Assembly (NCBI RefSeq): GCF_003367075.2 | Contig: NZ_CP065936.1 | Location: 1,530,001 to 1,562,000, forward strand | From: Cylindrospermopsis raciborskii Cr2010 | GTDB lineage: Bacteria; Cyanobacteriota; Cyanobacteriia; Cyanobacteriales; Nostocaceae | Length of the DNA: 32,000 bases | Reading direction: 5' to 3' | In this document: positions 16,708 through 25,635 of the stretch, piece by piece | Layout: every line of letters begins with the position of its first letter | Numbering within the stretch: position 1 is the stretch's first letter | Made by a program: the position numbers and the translations under genes | Notes under the pieces: model-generated | Told to the model about the DNA's origin: nothing | Database searches by the model: none | The model's input: the letters and a program-made list of their open reading frames with translations, nothing else

Positions 16708-18906
16708 CCCACATTCCGCACCCTCAACTATCGGGGAGGGAAATTACTGAGATAAAAATCAAAGTTAGCATAAAAATAAACATAGAGAGTGAAAAAAGCA
16801 TTCGAGAAACAGTAAATCAGCAAAAATGTCATCAAAATCTATTCTCAATAAGCAGCAATAAGAATTCACATTACCCAGAGAGGTGAACAAATAAATAAAA
16901 TTAAGATATTCAAGGTAAAATCATAAAATAGACTAATTTTTCCAGGGTAAAAACAAGATTATAGACATAGCAAAATGGAGCTGTAAATCAAATAGCTCAT
17001 TTAAACATGATAAATTAAATTGATAGAGACAATAATTAAGTTACTAATCGATAGTAACGTAAACAATCATTTGGCAAAAGATTCAAGATAAAATCTCTAT
17101 CTTTAGTCCAATTAGAGACTTGTTTTTCATTGTTATATTCAACTAAATGAATACCCTGAAAGCATTGAAAAATCCAGCGTAAAGTAGGGCGGTTAGTTAG
17201 TTTACCTAATTGGTCTTTAATTGTTGATTTAGACTCTCTGAGTGCGGCTCTAATTTCACGTTGAGCCAAAGTATAAACCAGTAAACATAAACCCATAATC
17301 ATCCCCATTGACTCTATTCTTTTAGGACTTTTGAGGAAAATACTGTCTGCAAAAAATAATGGGTCTTTGAGAAAACGAAACCCTCTTTCACAACACTGCT
17401 GGGCTTTATATTCACTGAGCATGGAATCATTGCTCAGTTCCTTTGAATCCAAAACATTAGTAGCAATAATAAAACGTCCCGCACTCAGGGATTCTCTATT
17501 AATTTTACGTTCATCTTCCGAGACTTTTGCTAATATTTGATAGGATGTTTCTCCTGAACTATCTTTTTTATTAGATTTGACTTGAGTAACTGTACTCTCG
17601 TTAATTTTATGATATTTGAACTGTTTTGATAATTTTGATAATGCCTTGATAGCATCTGCTTCACAAGCAAATTCTTCTTGTGATAATTTTCTCAAATCTT
17701 GCACGGCTTTTGATTCTGATTTGATAATTTTTTGGGTGAGCTTACGCAAGTCTGATTCTCTCCTCTCTTGACTTTGCACTACTAACCATCTTTGTTCTAT
17801 TCCGGCATAATTTTCTATTTTTGATGCTAGTTTATATCCTGGTATTGTACTATCAATAAATTCTGATTCTGGTATTGTTAAGATTAATGATTTTGCCGCT
17901 TTTATACTTACTGGTACTCGACACAGCCAAGATAATTCTGACATCATTTTCAGGTTTGATTCTGTATATAAAGCCGAATCAGCCACCATAAGACTATTAA
18001 CTTCTAATTGTTTTTGATATTCTACTGCTATTTGACCAAAACATGATGAATCTACTTGGTTGCCCGATGCTAGTTTTAAAAATATTGGCATGTCTCCATC
18101 TCCCGAACATATCATTTCTATAATGAATTGTTTTAAGTCTGGACGATGGTCACGAGAATAACCATAACTAATAGTTATTTCTTTTGGTAATTTCGCTGTC
18201 ATTTCCTCTAATTCTTGGTTATCTCCTATTTTTTGACTCTCAAATATTACTTCTTGTAAGCTAGTGTTATACTTCCCATGTACGTGCATTGATGATGAGT
18301 CTAGATGTGATGTTGATAGTGATACTCCAAATTTTTGGGCAGCTTTTACTGCGATGATAAAAAAGATTGTACTCAATCCTTTTTCAAACATCTTATCCAT
18401 GACTCTCCCCAGTTTATCATCGTTGAGATATTCTGGTTTTACTCCTGCTCCTATTAGATGTTCACAGGCTATTGTTTCAAAATATTCAGGAAACATATAT
18501 AACGGTTTTGAGACAAATCCTAACCCGTTTATTATCATGGCTTTTACTACTTGACCTGCATTTACTTTTTCGTCTTTTTCGACTCCTATCAATTCATTTA
18601 TTATTTCCACTATTCCGATTGAATCTATTATTCCTGCTACTATCCCTAGATGGTCTATATTCTGAATTTCTATTTCTTCACTTTTTAATTTCACAACAGT
18701 TTCCTCTACTATTTCTGTTGCAATCAATTATTTCTTATTTGGTTATCAATTCTCTTTTTTGTTACCAAACTTTACTTTCTCACACCATGTCTCTATTAAT
18801 GCTATTTATTCTCATTAAGCCCTTTAATCCCTGAATTAATTTTAGTTATTATGTACTACATTAGGATCCTCTTTGATCTGTCACAGCTTAGGGTGCGGAA
18901 TGTGGG
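16708..18906 (-). mobile_element. complete IS element of 2199 bp, IS1634 family (IS4 superfamily)
   Basis: It has 17-bp perfect terminal inverted repeats (CCCACATTCCGCACCCT at 16708-16724, reverse complement at 18890-18906). It is flanked by a 6-bp target-site duplication, ATATAA, at 16702-16707 and 18907-18912. It carries a single 563-aa transposase ORF. Confidence 0.9.
17036..18727 (-). CDS. IS1634-family DDE transposase
   Basis: 563 aa. The N-terminal IDHLGIVAGIIDSIGIVEIIN (DUF4277-like) and the ..YGYSRDHRPDLKQ.. and ..VADSALYTE.. motifs are typical of IS1634/IS4-type transposases as I recall them. Confidence 0.85.
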   Translation of the reverse strand: MIATEIVEETVVKLKSEEIEIQNIDHLGIVAGIIDSIGIVEIINELIGVEKDEKVNAGQVVKAMIINGLGFVSKPLYMFPEYFETIACEHLIGAGVKPEYLNDDKLGRVMDKMFEKGLSTIFFIIAVKAAQKFGVSLSTSHLDSSSMHVHGKYNTSLQEVIFESQKIGDNQELEEMTAKLPKEITISYGYSRDHRPDLKQFIIEMICSGDGDMPIFLKLASGNQVDSSCFGQIAVEYQKQLEVNSLMVADSALYTESNLKMMSELSWLCRVPVSIKAAKSLILTIPESEFIDSTIPGYKLASKIENYAGIEQRWLVVQSQERRESDLRKLTQKIIKSESKAVQDLRKLSQEEFACEADAIKALSKLSKQFKYHKINESTVTQVKSNKKDSSGETSYQILAKVSEDERKINRESLSAGRFIIATNVLDSKELSNDSMLSEYKAQQCCERGFRFLKDPLFFADSIFLKSPKRIESMGMIMGLCLLVYTLAQREIRAALRESKSTIKDQLGKLTNRPTLRWIFQCFQGIHLVEYNNEKQVSNWTKDRDFILNLLPNDCLRYYRLVT

Positions 18907-19059
18907 ATATAATGGCAGCCTTCACGGAGAAAAAACAGGCCCTACATGATATGCTTGCTGGCACTTTGGTAATTAAACCATAATACCAGGATTAATGGGT
19001 AAAAATTCTAGCTCGCCTCCGCATTCTTATGGGTGCTAATCCCCTACCATAATATTGAG

Positions 19060-19086
19060 CCTCCCTGGTTTTGGAAACCGGGGAGG
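19060..19086. terminator. GC-rich hairpin between the convergent RDD and pdhA 3' ends; candidate bidirectional terminator
   Basis: In CCTCCCTGGTTTTGGAAACCGGGGAGG, CCTCCC pairs with GGGAGG and GGTT(T) pairs with (A)AACC. It lies 15 nt downstream of the pdhA stop, with moderately U-rich flanks on both strands. Confidence 0.5.
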
Positions 19087-19100
19087 CACCTTATTCGCTT

Positions 19101-20138
19101 TTACTCGTCTTCAGCAAAAATGAAGCGATATAACTCACTAGAGTCAGGTTCAGGACTCTCCTGGGCAAAACGGACTGCATCCTCAATTAAACTCTGTATT
19201 TTCTTCTCAATCTGTTTTAAATCTGATTCTACCGCTAAATTATGCTCCACTAAATAAGCACCTAACTTTTTAATGGGATCGCGAGAAAACCAAAACTCCT
19301 TTTCTTCTTTACTACGCAATTCATCAGGATCAGCTAGGGAGTGACCACGGAAACGATAGGTAAGGGCCTCAATTAAAGTTGGTCCTTCCCCCGCACGGGC
19401 TCTAGCTACTGCTTCTTGGGCAACTTGACGCACTGCTAAAACATCCATACCATCTACTTCTACTCCTACCATGTTAAACACACTGGCTTTTTTGTAAATT
19501 TCTGGATCCGAGGTTGCTCGTTCGTGCGCCATACCAATTGCCCACTTGTTATTTTCTACTACAAACAGAATTGGTAGTTTCCACAGTGCTGCCATATTTA
19601 GGGTCTCGAAAAATTGACCGTTGTTTGCAGCTCCATCACCAAAAAAACAAGCGGTTACTTGATCTGATCTTTCATCTCCTAATACTTCTCGACGGTACTT
19701 ACTTTGAAAGGCTGCTCCAGATGCTACCGGAATACCTTCCGCCACAAAAGCATAACCACCCAATAACCGATGTTCAGCAGAAAACATGTGCATGGAACCA
19801 CCACGCCCTTTGCTACATCCTGTGGCCTTACCAAACAATTCCGCCATTACTTCCCTAGCTGGCACACCTGCGCTCAAAGCATGTACGTGATCACGATAGG
19901 TACTGGAAACAAAGTCCTCACCAGGACGCATTGCACCCCTGATTATACCACTGGAAACTGCTTCCTGTCCATTATATAAATGGACAAACCCAAACATTTT
20001 TCCCCGATAGTACATTTCGGCGCATTTATCTTCAAAATAGCGTCCTAGTACCATATCCTCGTATAGTCCCAGCCCCTCTTCTCTAGTGATTTGGACTGTA
20101 GCGGTGTCAAATTTGGGTAACGTGCGTTCTTGAACCAT
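19101..20138 (-). CDS. pdhA: pyruvate dehydrogenase (acetyl-transferring) E1 component, alpha subunit
   Basis: 345 aa. It has a ThDP-binding E1-alpha fold (..[29 protein letters not shown]..) and the conserved motif YR..GHS..D. Confidence 0.93.
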   Translation of the reverse strand: MVQERTLPKFDTATVQITREEGLGLYEDMVLGRYFEDKCAEMYYRGKMFGFVHLYNGQEAVSSGIIRGAMRPGEDFVSSTYRDHVHALSAGVPAREVMAELFGKATGCSKGRGGSMHMFSAEHRLLGGYAFVAEGIPVASGAAFQSKYRREVLGDERSDQVTACFFGDGAANNGQFFETLNMAALWKLPILFVVENNKWAIGMAHERATSDPEIYKKASVFNMVGVEVDGMDVLAVRQVAQEAVARARAGEGPTLIEALTYRFRGHSLADPDELRSKEEKEFWFSRDPIKKLGAYLVEHNLAVESDLKQIEKKIQSLIEDAVRFAQESPEPDSSELYRFIFAEDE

Positions 20139-20267
20139 TATTGTAAATTGTTCCTATCGTAAAAGATAATCTGCTATAAAACAGATGGTTGGTGAATTTT
20201 CCACTGACTCCTATTATATTGGCTGTATTACAGGAAAACTAACTAATAAATCACAAGAACATCACTT

Positions 20268-21293
20268 ATGCAATTACTAGCTGGAGATATAGGTGGTACT
20301 GGAACTCGACTCAGATTAGTGGAGTTTTCCCCATCCCTGGGTTTACGCACCTTATATGAGGACAATTATCGTAGTGGAGATTTTGATGATTTAGTACCAA
20401 TTGTAATTCGCTTTTTAGAGGCGGGACAAACTGCTACAGGAACTATATTTGCCCCGGAAAGAGCCTGTTTTGCGATCGCAGGTCCTGTGGTAAACAATAA
20501 GGTGAAGTTAACTAATCTCTCCTGGTTTTTGGAGGGGGAAAGACTGGCACAGGAACTGAATATACCCACAGTGTCTCTGATTAATGATTTTGCAGCTGTG
20601 GGTTATGGCATTTTAGGTTTACAAAGCCAGGATTTAATTACGCTACAAGATGTCCCACCCCAACCCGGTGCACCAATAGGAGTAATTGGAGCGGGGACAG
20701 GTTTAGGAGAAGCATTTTTAATTCAACAAGGTGAAAATTATCAGGTTTTTGCCACAGAGGGTGGTCATGGAGACTTTGCTCCCAGGAATGAATTAGAATT
20801 TAGACTATTACAATATATTCTCAATAAGTATGGGATTGCTCGCTCCTCCATAGAAAGGGTGGTTTCCGGGTTAGGGATAATTTCCATTTACCAGTTCCTC
20901 AGAGATACAACCCAAGAAGCGGAAAACCCAGAAATCGCTCAAGTTGTCAGAAACTGGGAAAACGGTCAGGGAGGATCTGATCCAGGAGCTGCTATTGGCA
21001 CTGCAGCGCTCAATAACAGCGATCGCCTGTCCATAGAAACAATGAGAATATTTGTCAGTTGTTATGGTGCGGAAGCCCACAATTTTGCTTTAAAACTATT
21101 ACCTTATGGAGGATTATATATTTCTGGTGGTATAGCTCCTAGAAATTTACCCCTGATGCAAAATGGCAACTTCCTGAAAAATTTTGTTGAGGGAGGTACC
21201 ATGACCTCCCTACTCCAAAATATCCCCGTACATATAATTGTCAACGAACAGGTAGGATTAATAGGAGCTGCTCTGTTTGCATCCAGACTTTGA
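20268..21293 (+). CDS. glk: glucokinase
   Basis: 341 aa. It has the N-terminal motif LAGDIGGTGTRLRL and the Glk-family motifs ..EGGH.DFAP.. and ..GGLYISGGIAP.. Confidence 0.9.
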   Translation: MQLLAGDIGGTGTRLRLVEFSPSLGLRTLYEDNYRSGDFDDLVPIVIRFLEAGQTATGTIFAPERACFAIAGPVVNNKVKLTNLSWFLEGERLAQELNIPTVSLINDFAAVGYGILGLQSQDLITLQDVPPQPGAPIGVIGAGTGLGEAFLIQQGENYQVFATEGGHGDFAPRNELEFRLLQYILNKYGIARSSIERVVSGLGIISIYQFLRDTTQEAENPEIAQVVRNWENGQGGSDPGAAIGTAALNNSDRLSIETMRIFVSCYGAEAHNFALKLLPYGGLYISGGIAPRNLPLMQNGNFLKNFVEGGTMTSLLQNIPVHIIVNEQVGLIGAALFASRL

Positions 21294-21374
21294 GGTTATG
21301 GTTTTTCGGGATGGAAGCCAAGGAACTACCGCTGAAGTAAATTCCTTCTCCACCAACCCTGTATGCAGGTTTTA

Positions 21375-22772
21375 TTAATGTTGGGAACCAGTATGTACCG
21401 TCTTAACCCACTTGAGGCGTTTAGGACGTAGTGACACCCTAGCTGTAGTGCTACTCATAACCACTAACCAGTGCAACATATAAATGCTGCCACGAATAGT
21501 TTGTAAAAGTAGCATAAAATAATTAGAGTTTTTCTGATCTTGTCGAGTGCGCTTTAAACCAGAGAACATGCCAATAAAAGACATAGTGACAGATAAACTA
21601 GTAATAGGCGCTAATATAGGAGGACGATGACGAATCAGAGACATAAGTAAATCCGGTACTGCTGCTGTAGGTATAATATACATAATCAGCATAAAAATCA
21701 GTAAATCAACGGTTTTACCTGCTCTCATGCGACCTTTGAGGATGAGATCCCAGTAATCTAAATAACGCTGGTATCCACCCTCAGCCCAACGATTACGTTG
21801 ATGCCAAAGGGCCACCACATTGGTCACACCCTCTTCCAGTACGGGTGGATAGAACATACATTCTATATCCCAACCAGTTAGATTTAAGCGAATGGTTAAA
21901 TCCAAATCATCAGTGATGGTTTCCTCATTCCACCCACCACAACCATTGAGAGCTTCCCGACGCACAAACTGACCATTACCCCGCAATTCACCCAACCCAC
22001 CAATAGCAGTGCGTTGTTGTTGGAACCAGGTGTCAAGAGCCATTTCCGCCATTTGTCCCTTAGTCCAAAAATTTTCCTTAGCATTGGCGATCGCCTTTCT
22101 AACTTGTACAGCACCGACCTTTTCTCGTTGAAAAGTGGGTATAACCTGTAACAATAAATCCGGACTAATTTGGGCATCAGCATCAAATACGGCAATAATT
22201 TCACCTTTAGTCATTGGTAAGACCTGGTTTAGCGCCCCAGATTTTCCACCGGTAGCATTAGCATCTCTACGAAAGACATTGAGTTGTTTGTAATCTTGCT
22301 GTAATTGTGCTAATATCTCAGAAGTTTTGTCTGTGCTGTGGTCATCAATAAGCCACACCTCATATTCGCCATGGGGATATTCCAGACTACAAAGATTGTG
22401 CACCAATCTAGCAATAACTGCCTGTTCGTTTTTAGCTGAGACTAAGACCGATACAGAGGGTAAATCTCCTTGTATTTGCTTATGGTGGTGGCGGGGTCTG
22501 ACAAAAATGATTCTAAGAGCATGAACACCCAAGATAGTGGTCAGACCGAGAATAAAAGCAAAACCCCAGGAAACTAAATGTAAAGCAATAGTTCCCCCCC
22601 AAACCATGGTTAGGACCAGAATGGCCTTAGGTCTGCGTCCTTGAAAGCGGGAGCAAATATCCTTAATCCCATTTTTGGATTTCCCCTGGGCTGAAAGGTC
22701 AGATAGCAGGGAGTCTAGACCATCAGAATTTGCTGTATAGGAGTCCTGATCTGTCCAGGAATTCGCTGGCAT
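21375..22772 (-). CDS. membrane-bound family 2 glycosyltransferase (processive type, Q-R-x-R-W motif)
   Basis: The GT2 core includes VSVLVSAKNE, LIDDHSTD, FDADA and WHQRNRWAEGGYQ, flanked by N- and C-terminal TM segments. The start is set at ATG 22772. The track's ATG at 22901 would leave only 14 nt to the divergent aroG start. The start remains uncertain. Confidence 0.8.
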   Translation of the reverse strand: MPANSWTDQDSYTANSDGLDSLLSDLSAQGKSKNGIKDICSRFQGRRPKAILVLTMVWGGTIALHLVSWGFAFILGLTTILGVHALRIIFVRPRHHHKQIQGDLPSVSVLVSAKNEQAVIARLVHNLCSLEYPHGEYEVWLIDDHSTDKTSEILAQLQQDYKQLNVFRRDANATGGKSGALNQVLPMTKGEIIAVFDADAQISPDLLLQVIPTFQREKVGAVQVRKAIANAKENFWTKGQMAEMALDTWFQQQRTAIGGLGELRGNGQFVRREALNGCGGWNEETITDDLDLTIRLNLTGWDIECMFYPPVLEEGVTNVVALWHQRNRWAEGGYQRYLDYWDLILKGRMRAGKTVDLLIFMLIMYIIPTAAVPDLLMSLIRHRPPILAPITSLSVTMSFIGMFSGLKRTRQDQKNSNYFMLLLQTIRGSIYMLHWLVVMSSTTARVSLRPKRLKWVKTVHTGSQH

Positions 22773-22840
22773 AGTTATTTTGCTCGCAACACCGTTATTT
22801 ATGTTAAGTTTACCAAATACTGGAGCAATTAGGGGAGGGA

Positions 22841-22869
22841 TTGAAATTTTTGGCAAAAATGTGTACAGT
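22841..22869 (+). promoter_or_regulatory. candidate sigma70-type promoter for the DAHP synthase gene
   Basis: TTGAAA (22841-22846), a 17-nt spacer, then TACAGT (22864-22869), about 45 nt upstream of ATG 22916. The TTG used as the ORF-track start is the putative -35 element. This is a motif match only. Confidence 0.25.
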
Positions 22870-22915
22870 GTTGGTCTACACCAAAAAGATGTGGCACCCA
22901 TCCAGAGTTTGCATC

Positions 22916-23965
22916 ATGATCAACAAATTAGTCAACACCAACATTAAGAGTTCCCACGTTTTACCAACTCCTAATCAAGTTAAAGAAAAACTACCTTTAA
23001 CTAAATCCGCTGAGCACACGATTTTACAGTATAGAGAAGAACTAGAGAATATTTTAGATTTTCAAGACAGCAGAAAATTTATTGTAGTTGGCCCCTGTTC
23101 TATTCATGATCCAGAAGCTGCTATAGAATATGCAGAAAAGTTAAAACTCCTAGCACATAAAGTCCATGATAAATTGCTATTAATCATGCGGGTTTACTTT
23201 GAAAAGCCCAGAACCACTATTGGATGGAAGGGACTAATTAATGATCCGGACATGGATGATTCGTTCAAAGTAGAAAAGGGAATTTTAATTGCTCGTAGTT
23301 TGCTATTAAAACTAGCAGAATTAGGACTACCCACAGCAACAGAAGCATTAGATCCAATTATTCCGCAATATATTAGCGAACTAGTGAGTTGGTCAGCAAT
23401 TGGAGCAAGAACCACAGAATCACAGACCCACCGAGAAATGGCCAGTGGTCTTTCTATGCCAGTAGGTTTTAAAAATGGCACAGACGGCAATATTAATGTG
23501 GCCTTGAATGCTCTCAAATCTGCCCAAAGCACTCACCATTTTTTAGGTATTAATCAAAAAGGACAGGTCAGTGTATTTGAAACCCGAGGCAATTCCCATG
23601 GTCATGTAATTTTGCGAGGGGGTACTAAACCCAACTATGATCCACAGAATGTGAGATTGGTAGAAGAACAGTTGAAAACAGCAGGTTTACCATCAAGAAT
23701 CGTTATTGATTGTAGTCATGGTAATACCAATAAAGACTATAGATTGCAACCTCGGGTCTTAGAAAGTGCAATTGGGCAAATAGTTGATGGGAATACCTCT
23801 ATTGTGGGTATGATGCTGGAATCAAATTTATATGAAGGTAATCAGCCAATCAACGGTAACCGGGAGGGTTTAAAGTATGGTGTCTCCGTAACTGATCAAT
23901 GTATTAGTTGGGAGGAAACAGAAAAAATTATTTTGGCTGCTCATGCTCAACTCGGAGGAGATTAA
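22916..23965 (+). CDS. aroG: 3-deoxy-7-phosphoheptulonate (DAHP) synthase, class I (AroF/G/H type)
   Basis: 349 aa from ATG 22916, comparable to E. coli AroG at about 350 aa. Motifs include GPCSIHD, KPRTT.GWKGLINDP and IDCSH.N. The track's TTG start at 22841 adds 25 non-conserved residues. Isozyme specificity cannot be determined from sequence. Confidence 0.9.
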   Translation: MINKLVNTNIKSSHVLPTPNQVKEKLPLTKSAEHTILQYREELENILDFQDSRKFIVVGPCSIHDPEAAIEYAEKLKLLAHKVHDKLLLIMRVYFEKPRTTIGWKGLINDPDMDDSFKVEKGILIARSLLLKLAELGLPTATEALDPIIPQYISELVSWSAIGARTTESQTHREMASGLSMPVGFKNGTDGNINVALNALKSAQSTHHFLGINQKGQVSVFETRGNSHGHVILRGGTKPNYDPQNVRLVEEQLKTAGLPSRIVIDCSHGNTNKDYRLQPRVLESAIGQIVDGNTSIVGMMLESNLYEGNQPINGNREGLKYGVSVTDQCISWEETEKIILAAHAQLGGD

Positions 23966-24057
23966 CGAATCCTACATTCCTCAAAGCACTAAAAGTTTTT
24001 AATTACCAAAAATATTCCCAAGAATATGCGATTCTGCATAATAATATTGCGATCGCC

Positions 24058-24124
24058 TAAGTAGGGAGGCACAATTATTTGTAGGATGGGTTGAAGTATG
24101 AAACCTATCCTACGTTCATCTTAT
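24058..24124 (-). repeat. nested-hairpin short dispersed repeat (MITE-like), copy B; inverted relative to copy A and with a shorter core
   Basis: Its reverse complement shares both flanks (16 and 35 bp, 100% identical) with 8236-8323. The core is the hairpin GTAGGAT(G)GG-TTGAAGTATGAAA-CC(T)ATCCTAC. Confidence 0.85.
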
Positions 24125-24157
24125 CTTGCTATAGCTATATCATCACAAGGAGGAAAC

Positions 24158-24412
24158 ATGATAAACGATGCGGGAGTTAGAGTATTTATATCTAGCCTAA
24201 ATACGGATATCAATTGGGCAACAATCTCCACCTGGTTAGTGATTGCTGTTATTTTATCTATGGTTGGTGGTGCCCTGGGGGGAATGATGATTGCAGGTAA
24301 AGATTTAGGTTTTAAATTCGCAGCCATAATTGGCAGTTTGTTCGCACCTGCTGGGGTAATTCCCACTTTGATATTAGGATTACTACTATTAAACTTTCTG
24401 GGTAATTATTAG
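24158..24412 (+). CDS. small hypothetical membrane protein (84 aa, two predicted TM helices)
   Basis: ATG 24158 is preceded by AAGGAGGA. Hydrophobic segments are WLVIAVILSMVGGALGGMMIAG and AAIIGSLFAPAGVIPTLILGLLLLNFL. The track start at 24098 lies inside the dispersed repeat. I recognise no family. Confidence 0.55.
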   Translation: MINDAGVRVFISSLNTDINWATISTWLVIAVILSMVGGALGGMMIAGKDLGFKFAAIIGSLFAPAGVIPTLILGLLLLNFLGNY

Positions 24413-24420
24413 GAGTAAAT

Positions 24421-24645
24421 ATGTTAGAATTAGGGTGGTTTTCGCTCAAACTGTTGTTCAAGGGGAAATTATTTCGCGATCCCCTATACTTTACCCGTCA
24501 AACTATCATTGCTTCCAGTTTCGGTGTGGGATTATTAGTCCTATTAGCACAGACTTCAATTCCCCTATGTATTCCTATTACCATTAGCAGCTTAACTACT
24601 GGTATGATAATGCCTTTTCTGTTAAAAGATTTCCGGATGAAATGA
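24421..24645 (+). CDS. small hypothetical membrane protein (74 aa, two predicted TM helices)
   Basis: ATG 24421 lies 8 nt after the upstream stop and is preceded by AGGAG (24411-24415). Hydrophobic segments are IIASSFGVGLLVLLAQ and IPITISSLTTGMIMPFLL. I recognise no family. Confidence 0.5.
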   Translation: MLELGWFSLKLLFKGKLFRDPLYFTRQTIIASSFGVGLLVLLAQTSIPLCIPITISSLTTGMIMPFLLKDFRMK

Positions 24646-24651
24646 TTTCTG

Positions 24652-24670
24652 GGGGGATAATAATTCCCCC
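24652..24670. terminator. short GC-stem hairpin between the convergent 3' ends of the small ORF and secF
   Basis: GGGGGA-TAATAAT-TCCCCC, a 6-bp stem with a 7-nt loop. It starts 7 nt after the stop at 24643-24645 and ends 9 nt before the secF stop. The flanks are weakly U-rich. Confidence 0.35.
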
Positions 24671-24678
24671 GGGTAACC

Positions 24679-25635
24679 CTAAGTTTCTATTTCGGTGTAG
24701 GTTTGAACGCTGCTCCTTTCTCTCCACAGAGTTAAAAGGGTACTGGCAATAAAAATGCTAGAATACACACCCGCCCCAAAACCAATAATCAAGGCCAGGG
24801 AAAAATACTTCAATGTTTCTCCACCAAATATAAAAATAGCCACCAATGATAACATGGTAGTTAGAGTGGTATTTATTGACCTACTTAATGTCTGATCCAC
24901 TGCGTCATCAACAATCCTATCAATGGGTATGTGAGGACTGGTTTTTATATTCTCCCTAATCCGGTCATAAATTACAACCGTATCGTTAACAGAAAATCCC
25001 GTAATCGTCAGCAATGCTACGATAAATAAACTATCTACCTCTATACCAAAAACTAAACCAAAAATGGAAAATATGCCCACTGTAATCAAAATATCATGTA
25101 ACAGCGCAATTATGGCAAAAACTGCGTAGTCCCATTGGAATCTCACAGCTAGGTAAATTGTAATCCCAATAAAAGAAACTATTAAAGCAATAATTCCAGA
25201 CCTAAACAGTTCTCTCCCCAGGGTTGGACCTACATCATCAATTTGGTTTTTCTGTGGGTCGAAAACACCAACTTTTTGGCTTAGGGCACTTTGTAATTTA
25301 ACACGCTGATCCGTATCTAAGTTTTTTGTTCTAATGGTGATGCCATTTTGTTCGCCATTATCAGAAATTAACTGTATGCTACTTTCCCCTAAACCTTGTT
25401 CTTTGGCAACTTCTCGCACCACGTTAATATCTATAGGTTGGTTGCAATTACCTGGTTGTTTACAATCCCGGACCAATTGTAACCGTGTACCACCAATGAA
25501 ATCTAATCCGGGACGCAAAGGAGCTTTAATCGTGGGTATTTGCCAAGAAATCACCATGGATATGATCCCACTAATAATAATTACTGATGAAAAAACCCAC
25601 CAGATATTTCGCCATTTGTTAACATGTAATCTCAT
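24679..25635 (-). CDS. secF: protein translocase subunit SecF
   Basis: 318 aa. It has the SecF topology and motifs (..GLDFIGGT.., ..[16 protein letters not shown]..). Its ATG overlaps the secD stop (ATGA at 25632-25635). Confidence 0.93.
   Translation of the reverse strand: MRLHVNKWRNIWWVFSSVIIISGIISMVISWQIPTIKAPLRPGLDFIGGTRLQLVRDCKQPGNCNQPIDINVVREVAKEQGLGESSIQLISDNGEQNGITIRTKNLDTDQRVKLQSALSQKVGVFDPQKNQIDDVGPTLGRELFRSGIIALIVSFIGITIYLAVRFQWDYAVFAIIALLHDILITVGIFSIFGLVFGIEVDSLFIVALLTITGFSVNDTVVIYDRIRENIKTSPHIPIDRIVDDAVDQTLSRSINTTLTTMLSLVAIFIFGGETLKYFSLALIIGFGAGVYSSIFIASTLLTLWRERSSVQTYTEIET

Larger units (their letters stand above)
16395..18983 (+). pseudogene. RDD-family membrane protein gene interrupted by an insertion sequence after codon 104
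   Basis: The 5' part (16395-16707) encodes MRYAAFWPRFLAWLIDSIIL... The 3' part (18913-18983) encodes ..AAFTEKKQALHDMLAGTLVIKP*. Removing 16708-18912 restores one 127-aa in-frame RDD protein. Confidence 0.85.

Noticed and set aside
16708-16886. The C-terminal 59 residues of the 163-aa ORF at 16395-16886 (THIPHPQLSGREITEIKIKV...).
   Set aside because: This tail is read-through into the left end of the IS element. The native C-terminus of the RDD protein is found after the IS, at 18913-18983.
18472-18834. A 120-aa Leu/Phe-rich plus-strand ORF, together with the plus-strand ORFs at 17331-17540 and 18264-18554 inside the IS.
   Set aside because: They are antisense to the transposase CDS and have low-complexity composition typical of the reverse strand of an AT-rich gene. 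There is no independent support.
1692-20569. Numerous 60-115-aa ORFs nested inside or antisense to large genes: 1692-1898, 3338-3583, 3644-3889, 11556-11891, 13184-13372, 13833-14099, 14199-14510, 14625-14810, 15432-15674, 19033-19257, 19514-19858, 19770-19979 and 20366-20569.
   Set aside because: Each lies wholly within a strongly supported CDS in another frame or on the other strand. They have skewed, low-complexity composition and no recognisable domains, as expected for shadow ORFs.
22841-22915. A 25-codon N-terminal extension of the DAHP synthase ORF, overlapping the longest version of the divergent GT2 ORF.
   Set aside because: It starts on TTG and its residues are non-conserved. The length from ATG 22916 (349 aa) matches AroG-type enzymes. 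The TTG coincides with a plausible -35 hexamer.
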